A DNA stretch of 61,842 bases, counting the filler, from Choristocarpus tenellus KU-1152 (Eukaryota; Protista; Phaeophyceae), in the NCBI GenBank assembly GCA_964200185.2. It is 11 parts of 11 records of this genome, joined end to end, with 100 filler letters (N's around TTAATTAATTAA, not from the genome) between each part and the next. Parts side by side here need not be neighbours in the genome. Positions count along the whole stretch, not along the records: positions 9,202 to 14,368 come from CAXNAD020011638.1; positions 14,469 to 25,962 come from CAXNAD020002287.1; 9 more parts are not named here. One strand, given 5' to 3'. Every line of letters starts with the position of its first letter. Positions within the stretch are counted from its first letter, which is position 1. A model generated the notes under the pieces. The model saw only the letters and a program-made list of their open reading frames with translations. It was not told the DNA's origin and searched no databases. Below are positions 12,250 to 23,222 of the stretch, piece by piece. Made by a program: the position numbers and the translations under genes.

Positions 12250-12781
12250 CACAACACACCAATTGAGTGGCGTGCCCAGTGGTCAAGGTGCCCCGCAGAC
12301 TCTTCAGCGCCTCTTTGAAACACAAAAAAAAATACCCTCAGGACCGGCTGGTCAGCCTGAGAGTGAAACTACGATCAAAGTGGTTCAGGACTGGTCGTCT
12401 ATCTCAACAGGGTTGTTACCCTCCTTCGCAACTTCTCGTACATTAGGTAACAGAGCAAGGCTAATCTCGATGCACGTTCATAACCCGATGGATTAGCAGT
12501 GATATAGCTTCGCTGAGCTGATTCAAAGAGAGATAAAGAGGACGAAGAGGAAATATGTGCTCTGTGGCGTCTGGGATTTCAACTCAATGCCACAACCCCA
12601 ATGTGTACAAACGGGGTTAGAGTGTGTTATCAAAGATAAAGTTTTTGGTTGATAATTTATTTACGCGATCAGGAAAACAAAAAATAGCTCAATCACTACA
12701 CACTTATTTTTTGAACGTCTACAACCTTGTACCGCTCCTCCATTTCCTAGATTTGTGTTTGTCTCTTCTGCAACGGTTCCC
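12250..12781. promoter_or_regulatory. Probable bidirectional promoter / 5' UTR region (~530 bp)
   Basis: Lies between divergent inferred start codons at 12249 (-) and 12782 (+). Confidence 0.4.
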
Positions 12782-14368
12782 ATGGCAGATACGGATACGG
12801 CACTATGGAAGACAGGGTCACAGTCTTTTGGAAAGGTGGCCTCTCTCTCACGCACATGTGGGATCAGCAATCGCGAATTGGGTCCACCTAACCACAGAAT
12901 ATACACCCCGAAAAACCTCTCTCTCAAGTGACCTCACTCGCATGGCAGGTGATTGCAAAAGTGATGGAAGCAACCTGCGCCCGTCTAAAAGATAAAATTG
13001 GGCAAACTAGGGCCGAAACTGCCGTTCGCCTTGTGGAAGAGGTGAAGGGGGTGCTTCAGTCAAGGGAGAGATGTGATATGGATTTGAAAATGTTACAGCA
13101 GAACCTGACCAAGAGAAAAACTGACAATGGAAAGTTTCAGAGGGTCATTCCCTTTGAGGGATGAGATTAAACGGTCATATGAGGGTTAGATTCTAGAGTT
13201 CACTTGTTAGGCCAGGAGCAAAGATTGCAAGCGATGTGCCATAGAAGGCATTTCCCTTGTGCTGAGTTTTTTGCCTTTGCAATTTCTTCGTGTATCTAGC
13301 TGACCACCTTCGTATTGCTCCTTGACTCTATGAGGTAGACCCTGTACTTTGTTTGATCTCCAACTCTCCCTCTACTTACCCCCTTAAACGCATTATTCGC
13401 TTTTACCCAAGGCGTGGCGGAAGGAGTACGAGGATGCCTTGTTTGTAGCGGAGGAGGTTGCCACAGCCGACGAGAGTACAGTAACTGCAAATGAGGAAGA
13501 TAACAGTACTCCATCGGAAGAAGAGTCAGGCGAAGGATGTATCCAAGAACCGCCAGACCATGTTAAGCAGTCATCAGTTGAGGTAGCGACAATGCCACAA
13601 ATGCATTTTTTCGGGGCACCTGCGGCTTACATGGTGAGGCTTTCCTTTTCTTCTGTAATGGATTTGCAACCTTCTGCAGGACGGTAGGTTTTACGGAGGC
13701 TGTTGGGAGTTTTTATTTCAATTAGTCGGAGGGAAGGACAAGGCTTAACAAGCTTTGCTGAAAAGTATGAATTAGAGAGTAAACCTCAACATACACACAC
13801 CTTCCCAGTATAATCGAGCCCCAATCGACAAGTTGCAAGAATATTGCCCTTGTGTCTCCTTACACATCATTGTGATGCAGTTGTGCGGTATTGAAATTCT
13901 TCAGTTGTTTAGCAAAGTCCAAGGCTTGATCTAGTGGTCTATCATCATCATGACTATACCTTGTATCTCTACTCTAATACGCACAATTCAACAACATTCA
14001 ACCAAGCACAAACGGCAAAGTCAGATACTGCTCCCTCGACTGCAACCCACTCTATTACATCCTGTTCATCCTCCAGTGACATCTTGAAAAATGATTCACA
14101 CTTTTCCCCCTCTGCCTCCCCACTTCGCAGCCCCCGCCAATACTCCCCTCCCCTCAAGGGGTTTCCCACCAAGCTCGCTCAAGGATCAAACGGTTGCGTT
14201 CACAAAAGACTCCTGCTGTGTCACAGCTAGACCCTGCTCAGTCTTCTCCCACAGATAGTGGAGGGTTGGCTCCAGCACAAGGGGATAGGAGCAAAAGGAG
14301 AAGAACACAAGTGGATGTATATGAGAATAGTGTGGTGGATGGTGGTGATGTGGCTGGGGTGGAGGAGG
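12782..14368 (+). CDS. 5' part of a spliced gene, possibly the TFIIA large (alpha/beta) subunit; truncated by a linker
   Basis: Exons 12782-12835, 12949-13041, 13412-13582, 14131-14368, all phase 0. FGKVIAKVMEATCARL...AVRLVEEAWRKEY resembles the TFIIA-alpha N-terminal helix pair (Y..VI.DV / L..L...W..KL) and is followed by acidic and Pro-rich low-complexity sequence. The gene model is firmer than the identity. Confidence 0.5.
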
Positions 14369-14468
14369 NNNNNNNNNNNNNNNNNNNNNNNNNNNNNNNN
14401 NNNNNNNNNNNNTTAATTAATTAANNNNNNNNNNNNNNNNNNNNNNNNNNNNNNNNNNNNNNNNNNNN

Positions 14469-16300
14469 CCAAGACACTTCAGGGGGTGAGAGACAGGATG
14501 CACCCCCCCTCCCCCCGTCACCACCTTCCTCAAATAGTCCTGGATTTTTGTCCCCACAGGTCTGCTACTAGAGGAGTTTCCACACCCCCAGGATAGCAGC
14601 AACTGTGGACAACGTACAGGTGTACGATCCTGAATTCGACACCAACAAGGGTATCCCCAACAGCACATGTCAACATTCTTGTGCGTGTATGTGATCTCCT
14701 CCTGCATGAATTCGGAGCCCCTAACCAAAGGATGCCACAACTTCCCCCAGGTCGGCCAGAGCCTCCAAACTCTCGGGTTGTTCATTTCCAGCCTACTACA
14801 GTCCAACGATGACGTATTTCCTAGGGCAGAACATTCCACTAGGATTGAGATGGGATATTGACGACCTAACCCCGCGACTCCTAAAGCAAGTACGGAAAGC
14901 AAATCTATTATGGGAACCCAGGGGAGATGACTGTGCCTACATACAGGAGCGGGCAGCTACTCTTGGTCAATGCTAAGAGGACAACCCCAATGCTGCAACC
15001 CCAATGCTGCAGGAGTCCTCTTTATCGAACTCCATCCACCAGAAACTGAGCCAACCTCTAGGGTGTATTTTCCAAAATCTCCACTGAAAATCCCTGTGTT
15101 CTCTGGCAGGAGATCATGGTGGCCAAGGAAAAGATGGCGGCAGAGGAGGGTTCCAGGGGACACCAGTACAGACCCCATGGGTGGGAGTGCTCTCCAGCCT
15201 ATCATCGCACTGACTTCATTCAGGAAAATACTATCCAGCCTACCATCGCACGGACTTCATGCGAGAAAATATGAACTCCAATCCAGGACCTGAAGGTTTT
15301 CACCCCAACCACATCCGCTTAGCCATCACCACAGACATTGACCATAACGCGCATTTGCCGTATTTTTCGTATTCCCCAAGCTATGTGCTGTGTTGTACGC
15401 CTCCCCTGATTTCCTCCCCCCCTGAAGTTTGGAGACTTCATACAGGGATCTTCTCACTGCTCTGAAGAGAAAATGCCACCTTATTGCTTGCGGTTCATTC
15501 TATAGGATTTCACGTAGCTCGCCATTCTACTCTGACTGGCGTCCATACGTGGAGCAGTAATTGGGAGATATTGGTCAATTTGGAGTTGGTGTTTCCAATA
15601 GGATGGAAAGGACCCTACTGGACACCCGCCTACGGAGTGAGTATGGGGAATGGCGCTTAAATCAGGACAGACAAAAAGCTCCAACACTGTCTATCACCAT
15701 GCCTTCATTGAGTTCGTCCTGGATGTCAGTCCAGAGCTCCTGCCCTATGTCGCTAACATTTACGGCAGTTCATTGGAGCTACTATTTCCACCGGATAAGG
15801 AGGGAGTCCGAATCTTACCGACTAGTTAGGGAGCCCAATAGGTTGATGCACTATACCTGCTCCTGTTCTGCTTGACCACCTCCAAGGCACTCAATAACAG
15901 TCAGACCACTCTTGTCCCCCAGGGTGTTAAATCCAGAAATTGCCTAGATAATATATCGTTTTCTACCCATAGGATTGTTTCTACGACTATAGGGGCATCA
16001 TAGCTTAAGACAGACTTACGGAGGGTGGGGGCTGTCATGTTATGGAGAAATCCTTCGGCTCTCCCCCCAAGGGCCACCAGCCCCTTCACTCTGACTTAGG
16101 GTCCTTGCCGCATTAGGAATCAATCTAGCCCCATACACTGATGATTTGGTGGCCTTGGTTGCTCTTTTGGCATAAATGTTATGTCCGATCTCACGTGGAT
16201 GGAGTTTTGGAGAGCTCTGGGTAGTGAGATCTTGTCAATCACATGACAGGGATTGAGGACAAACGAGTTGCATGATTACACAATGTGCGGTCCTTCTACC
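14469..16300 (-). mobile_element. Highly degenerate retroelement RT region, possibly DIRS/Ngaro-type
   Basis: Frame-shifted motif remnants in the expected order: PNYCS (PNHxSA-like), SP....EKSG...HSL, VVMAKR, LPPMGSVLVSPG (LPFGW..SPG-like), LYVGTVI (YVDD-like). Boundaries approximate. Confidence 0.35.
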
Positions 16301-16984
16301 CCTGCCTCAGCTACTTGGTCAGGGTCACCCCCCCACAACTAGCAGGCCCAACCATCCAGCATAAGGAAACGAGAAAGAGGTGTTAGGGTTGGGGTACAAG
16401 GGCTCAGAAGCTTGAAAGAAGGTCGAAAGGGCCCGCACGGAGGCGAAAGCGATTGAAACAAAGGCAGCCGTCGAGACATTTCGATAGCACCAATCCTATA
16501 CTTAGAAGAGGTGATGAAGCAGGTGGAGGTTGCCATCGAAGTGGACGCCAGGGAAGAAGTGGAGGTGAGATTGAGACTATTTGCACACCGGGGTTTGGTG
16601 TATCCATCCCACTTATTGTAAGATGCCGTACATTTACTCTTGTTCCTGGACTTCGGGTTGGACGTATAAAGTTGATTAAGGCCTTCTCCCAGCCTGTATT
16701 TATTCGAGAAATCATCACAGGAAGACAGGGTGGGGAGGCTTTTTTCCCGCCTAAACCCTATATACTTCAATTAATAAAGTAATAGTAAATATGTTGCCAC
16801 TCTTCGTGACCTACAATCCAGGGTTCGAACCCCAGTATGACCGCTCTTTCTTCAAAAAGATAATATAATGGCGAAAAAACACGAAGCCCGTACTCTGGAG
16901 GGCCTTGTGACGGGCATCACGAATATGCTTTTTTTTTTTAGTCCGATTTCTACATCAAAATTTATAACGGAACAACCCCAGTGT

Positions 16985-17570
16985 ATCTATGTTGTACCAC
17001 TGCGTTCCTGCGTCTCCAATCTGCCCATTCCTGGGCTGAGGAGCAGGGAGGCATCCCAAGAATCCAACAAACCCGTCGGTGCCAATTTCTTTTATTACAT
17101 TGTTATGCCCTCCGACATTTTCGAGATGTGCCAGGGGAAAAACTAGTGAAAACTATTCACATGTCTGAAAAATTCCTAAAGAAGTAATATTTGTCACGAA
17201 AGTGAAAAACGTCAATCTATTTCCTATTTTATTTTACTACGTATTTATGGTGTACTACTGCCTTCCTGTGTCTTAAACCTATTCCTGCAATTTAGGGTGA
17301 GGAGCTAGGGAAGCATCCCACGAATCTAATAAACTCCTCCTTGCTCATCTCACTTGTGACTCCGGGTTAAAACGCATGACCCGTCTAGATAGGGCTACTT
17401 GCGTTGTGACTGAGACTATTTGGCGTAGGCGGGATTTGGTGGCACCTTTTTTGGTGTAGCCTTCAGTTCCTCACATATCATTATGCGCTTTGACATTTGC
17501 AGATGTGCCAAAGGAAAAAAACAATGAGAACTATTCATATATCTGAAAAATCCCTAAAGAAGTAACAGTT
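16985..17570 (+). repeat. Diverged tandem duplication of a ~200-260-bp unit; second copy has a ~125-bp insertion
   Basis: gtaccactgcgttcctgcgtct...gcatcccaagaatccaacaaac (~16994) recurs at ~17252. gacattttcgagatgtgccagg...tctgaaaaattcctaaagaagtaa (~17114) recurs at ~17492. Confidence 0.75.
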
Positions 17571-17620
17571 GTACATCATCAGTGATATTGGACATTTAGT
17601 GGATAATATTCAGTGTATAT

Positions 17621-17801
17621 GGCTCAAAGTATCTGGGGTGGGCGGGTGCCGCTGCCCATTTGGGGTCAATTTTTCATGTAGCGATTTTTGTGTGATTTGG
17701 TTGCATACGTCCGATGGATAAAGAAAATGCACTTTTCCAGATTTTGCCCCAAAATGGACACCCTGTTGTAGACCCCTCCCCTCCCCCAGATACTTTGGGT
17801 C
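17621..17801 (+). mobile_element. MITE family A, complete 181-bp copy with 4-bp TSD ATAT
   Basis: TIRs ggctcaaagtatctgggg / ccccagatactttgggtc. ATAT at 17617-17620 and 17802-17805. Confidence 0.9.
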
Positions 17802-17948
17802 ATATTTTACCATGTAACTCAACCAGATTCTTTGGGCGACGGGCCTTACATGTGCCAAGCTTCTCAACATGTTTAAGTGCCTAATCAAAACTCTATCTAG
17901 GGGAGGCGCAGCTGCTCTGGTTTAGTTTGAGTTGGTATTACATCACTC

Positions 17949-18185
17949 ATGGCCTCAGATGGGTTTCGCTCCAAACTACTCCAACTAACAGACGACAACT
18001 ATGCTGACTGGTTTGCTACTACCCGTGCCTTCCTGGGCGCTAAAATTGATATGAAGGAGACATTGGAGTACAGGGAGGAACCTACCAGAGTGGGTGACGT
18101 AGATTTCATCAAGAGGGAAGATGTGTTACAGGCGATATGTCTTGATGGCGGTTTCATAAACGCCATTATGACATTGAAGTTCTAG
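17949..18185 (+). mobile_element. Ty1/Copia gag N-terminal fragment
   Basis: LTDDNYADWFATTRAFLGAK fits the Copia gag N-terminal L...NY..W......L pattern. No downstream pol. Confidence 0.55.
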
Positions 18186-18269
18186 ATTTGATATATTTGT
18201 ACTCCTTGATTATTTATTTATTATTTGGTCATATGGTCCCCGATTGTGATAAGACATCGTGGATCAGTT

Positions 18270-19500
18270 CCTTTTATATGATGATATTGATGTTAATTCA
18301 AGTGAGAGATCCAGCATACCTGACGACTTGTGCATCAGGAGTCCTATACGTACATCAGTATCTATAGGCCCGTAGATTGGAGCTATACATCCTGTGGAGG
18401 TAAGCTTTGAGGGGCGCCTGTAACAGTAGTGTTTGGGGCTGGCAGGGGTATGACAGGTGGGGCACGGGATGGGATGTAGGGGTCTGGCGCGGAGATATAG
18501 AGCCGAGGCACAGCCCAGATCCAGCGGGTGTATGCAGGAGAAAGGGAGTACTGGCTGTTGTATCTCGGAAAAACAGATCGCACAGTGTTCTGATGTAAGC
18601 TGACGTGGTTGTTGGGATGGGCGTGGGTTGGGGTCCCTGGTGGGGGAGGCTGGCCTTCGAAGCCCCGTAATATTTCTTATCACCTCCTCTCCTGCTACCA
18701 TCGTCGTGTGCCTCTACCACCTCTCTGGCCCCATCTCCCTGTGTGCTCGTTTGGTTTTCCGTTTGGGCTTCTCCATCCTGCATAGACGAAACATGTCTAC
18801 CTATTCCCGAAGAGGAGTGGTGTGCTCAGCTTATGTTTCCCCCTTGCCCGTGCCTATCTCGTGAGCTGCCATTCCCATCCTCGATCACCTCCACCTCGTC
18901 CCCATGTGGGCCCATTCTGTTCTCTGTCCATCCTTCTCCGTTCTGCGAAATCGAGACCTGGGTATCTATTCCCGGAGCTGGGTTAAGCCCTCCACTTATA
19001 TTTATTCCTTGCCCCTGCCTGTCTCGTGCACCGTTGTCGTCTTCTTCCATCACCTCCACAACCCCATCCCCTCCTCCTTTTCCTATTGAAGGTTTTATGT
19101 TATCATACCTTTATTTCCGTACGACATATACCGTAATATCGTTTGAGTTGTCTGGATTCCAGAGGAGGATCTTCCGTGAGACTGGGTCCATGGGATCCTT
19201 TTAAGAGGCCATCCCCACACAGGTGGTGTATACTTCTCTTCATTCAAAGATACCAAGATTCCTTTGACTCCCTGTCACTCCGATTATCCACACTCTCATG
19301 ATATCCTCTCCCACACTGTGGGATCTCCCACCCTGCATTCTTGTACTTGTCTAACCTTAACCTCGTCCTCTCGCCCACGGCTCGTCTTCGTTCGTATCTT
19401 TCGTCCATGGTTCTCTTTACAATCCTTTCCTGATTGAACCACATTATCCCCAGTGGCGACACCAGTGAGATTCAAACTTACAAGTGTGAAGGGCACAAAC
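18270..19500 (-). mobile_element. Degenerate repeat-derived ORF with a RING finger; 3' part homologous to 56590-56780
   Basis: CAIC...CIH...C.S...CPTC RING pattern within 18264-18701. Frameshifted, with no obvious splice structure. aagcttacctcca(c/t)aggatgta(t/c)agctccaatc is shared with ~56613 (+), so the sequence is multi-copy. Confidence 0.5.
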
Positions 19501-19956
19501 TTAACGCTGGGTTAGTTAGGACTAAATATAAATAATGATTCCCTGACATCATTTCTCTTTGTCATAAACGTTAGGTTAGGTCCAATTGTCTCAAAATTGT
19601 TTGGTCATTCTTATTTTGTTGTTACAGTCATTATATACCCACTATTTATTTTGTGTGTTTCATTTTCAATATTGTCATGACGCATACCCCTCGCGCGACC
19701 ACAAGTACTAAAGCGCGGAACGTGAAACGGAATATTGCGCGAGGAACAATATTTGATCTTCTGTTTGCATCACCTCTCTAATCCATTACCCTGGCTCCAT
19801 CCATTGATCGGAGGGAAAGGCTGGAGTCAGCTGATTACCACCAGGTCGACCCTGAAAGTTTTCGTTTGCTCCGCACAATTTTTCTGAGAAAAACCATACT
19901 CCATTGCCAGCGATCCTTTCTGCTCCCTCTTTTGGTCGAGGTTGAGACGCAGAAGA

Positions 19957-22900
19957 ATGATTAATCGGTCTCGTCGTGGACAGGGCCTGCCTAGATTGGT
20001 GGTGGGCGTTATCCTTCTGTTGGCTGTAGTTAATTTATCTCATGGCCAGGATGCAGGCTTTATCGCAGATGCCGTGGTTGAAGCTTCTGGGGACGTTGAT
20101 GTGGTCATGATGGAGCCAGAAGTTACACCTGAGTCGAAGGTTGTCGAGGAGGTGGTGGCCCTGGAGCCAGAGGTTCAGGATTCGCCTACAGTGGAAGTCC
20201 AAGAATGCGCTATCGAAGCGACCGTGGAGGCTGCCGTTTATCAGGTGAGAAGTGTTTGCGGTCGGATATGTGCTCACTAAGGTCATATCTTGGGTCTTAT
20301 TGTTAAGAGTATATTTTCGTTGTGCTGCACAAACTGTACGGGGAAAGGATCGTTCTGTTGGTTTGCTGCAGATGGCCGGTGCGAAAGGACTGATATGAGC
20401 GCGAGTTAAAACGGAGGTTTACGGTCAGAAGAAATAATCAATTTACGAAGGCAAACCTTTCAAGTACATTCCATGTAATAGTGGGTGAACTGTTATGTAC
20501 CCAGTACCCTACTAGATTGCTCGCCCCGTCCAGCCTACTCTACTTCTCATTGTTGCGGTGGTCTACGTGTTCTATGCAGGAGTGGACCTTTGTCTCATAC
20601 CAATCTTCTTAGAATCAAGTATTTGCGTATCCCTTTCTCCGTTCGGGTGATCTTGACGCTCACCTAATGTCATATTCCCTACAGAAGTATCAATAGTTCC
20701 CTTCCCACGCTCAAACACAAGTGTCAGACACGCCCCTATCCGCTCAACCACACACCTGACTCCCCTAACCATGCATATATATATGGTGACGTAACTCGGC
20801 ACACTCAAAACCAAACCAACACGGATCATCCCAAGAATGATACGACCAAAAATGATCCTTTTCTTCTTCTCATAAATGGAAGAAGTTTTTGGCATTCCTA
20901 GCATACCCCATAGCTTTTCTCCCACTGGAACCCCAACAATCTGTGTGTGTGTGTTGCATTGGAAGGCGGTGATGGAGTGGAAGTCTGCCAATGCCGCCCT
21001 TGTTGAGCAAACACGACTCCTTTCGGAAGAGAAGGAAACCCTTACAGAACAAGCACGTAGAATGGAGGAAGAAACAGAAAAACTTGCCAAACAAGTGAGT
21101 GCAGTCAAGGAAGAGAATGAATCTTTGGAAGATAGAGCAGACGCACTTGTGGAGAAGGTTCAGGAGCTCAAGGATGAAGTGCAGAGAGCAGGAGAGTACG
21201 AGCAGCGCATGAGGGACATGAAATGGGAAGTTGAACAGGCTGAGCATGCTGCAGGGGCGGCAGAGAATAGTGTGGGGAACATGGAAGTGAAGGTATGTTG
21301 CCTTGTAAGAAAGGGTGTGGAGGGGAAAGGTGGGGTCTTTCAATCTTAGCCATGCGAGATCACTAGCACTTCTCATCTGTGCCCCTAAAGTCCCCTAGCA
21401 TAGAAGTGGAACAAAAAATATATTGAAAAAAAAACATATCCTTTCCTCACCTTGCAGTATTTCCGATTTTTTTAATATGTCAACAGTTTCATTTTTTTTG
21501 GTCCAGACATGTATTGGAGTGAGCTCTAAACATTCATTGCTATCACCCTATCATGTCAAGTCTTTTTGTGTGTACAGTTTGGAAGCTGAACCCCTGGTAT
21601 TGTTTTTTTCTGAATTTCTGCCTGAAAAAAGAAACGTGCATTTGACTTCAAAAGGTGTCAGGGTTAGGGTTGGGGTTGGGGTTAGGGTTAGGGTTAGGGT
21701 ACATGAGTTCTGAGCAATAGTGAGGTCAATGGAAAGCTGAAGTGTAACCTTTTCTGTTACTGCTTTGGTGTGATTCGCCGAGGATAAGAGAGTTCTACAC
21801 CATTGGGTTATTTTGAGGGATCACAGACCCTTAGTAGAAAAAATGATCCAAAGAAGATAATGCACACTGAGAAAATGCAACAAGGACCACAAAGTAAAAA
21901 AAAAGTGAATCGGAAGAGGAAGAGTAGAATCTGCAGGTGGGAAAAAAAAATTACCTGAGAAACACAAGGGGAATAAAGAGAAAAACCCCCCAAAGGATGC
22001 AAGAAAAGACCACCCTCCTTCCCCCCAAAAAAATGAATAAATAAATAAATTAAACAAATAAAAAACAGGATTCAGTAGACAGAGTTCGATGGTAGTGGTG
22101 TTGGCGACTTTTGTTGACATTAGCTCTCTTAGTGCAGCTTCGGGTGATGTTCGTTTCTGACAAGACTTGATAACAGTTGACCTCGATATTGCAAGGCGTG
22201 TCTGGATGTGGCGGAGGATAATACCTAGTACACGTATAGCAATCGCAAGTTTTTTTTTTTTCCTCAGCACTGCCTGTTACCTATTTTTTTTTCTTGATAC
22301 GCACTCTGCTGGAGTTCCTGTTGTGTAAAAAAAACAACTTTTTTTGATCATTGGACCGTTCACTTGCCATTGGAATAATCTTCATGTTTGTGCTGCGACA
22401 TTTCTTTGTGGGTTTGGAAATTATACAAAAAATTTATTTCGGTTCCGTGAGCTCTCTCTTGTATTAGGTGTGGAATATGAACTAGTGTAGTAGCGTTAGG
22501 GATAGTGGTCATCACCTTTTGCTGCCAAAAAAGTGTTCCCTTAGAAAATCGGTTTGTCCTACGAAAGTTGGCGGGTGTTGCACAGCTCTTGATTGGTGGA
22601 CTCTTGATAGGTGTGCTCTTGATTGGTGGACTCTTGATTGGTGTATTCTTGATTGGTGGACTCTTGATTGGTGTGCTCTTGATAGGTGTACAACCAGTGC
22701 ATCTACATTTGCGTACACATTGTGTCTAAGGCGTGAATTGATGAATTGTATATCTAGCTAGTCGCGTGGGCAACTCAATCTCTGCCTACAACATCTGCTG
22801 TTGGAAAAATAATAAAAATCTCGCTCCGTGGGTAGCGTCATCTCCTCTCTTTTTTTATTTTTTTCCTGTCCCGAAGGCCTTTGCGTGTTTACTGATAGAC

Positions 22901-23185
22901 TTATCCATACCTTGATACGTTTGTGGGATTTGTCTTGCCTCTCTGAGGATGTGCAATGATAATATTAACAACACTAATATAATGATTAGTTTTCCCTTCT
23001 TTTGAATCGTTGTGGAAGAAACCAAAAGTGATGTACATGGACTTCTTTTTTTTTCTCTCATCTGATGATGGTGTGGAGGTAGGATGTCGGTTGCATCACT
23101 AATGCAGTGCAGTGAACTGAGTTTAGTTTCTATTGGTACATCAATTACCTAACCCTAACCCTAAATTGGTAGACAGGTTAATTGG

Positions 23186-23222
<37 letters not shown>

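Noticed and set aside
11455-12450. Long minus-strand frame interrupted only by TGA (stop-codon recoding, selenoprotein or pseudogene)
   Set aside because: The TGAs fall in a GT-AG intron or upstream of the likely ATG; ordinary splicing explains the frame.
22586-22690. CRISPR-like array, or a real GLLIG-repeat protein (ORFs 22505-22761)
   Set aside because: Head-to-tail 15-bp units with no spacers and no cas genes, inside an intron: a minisatellite.
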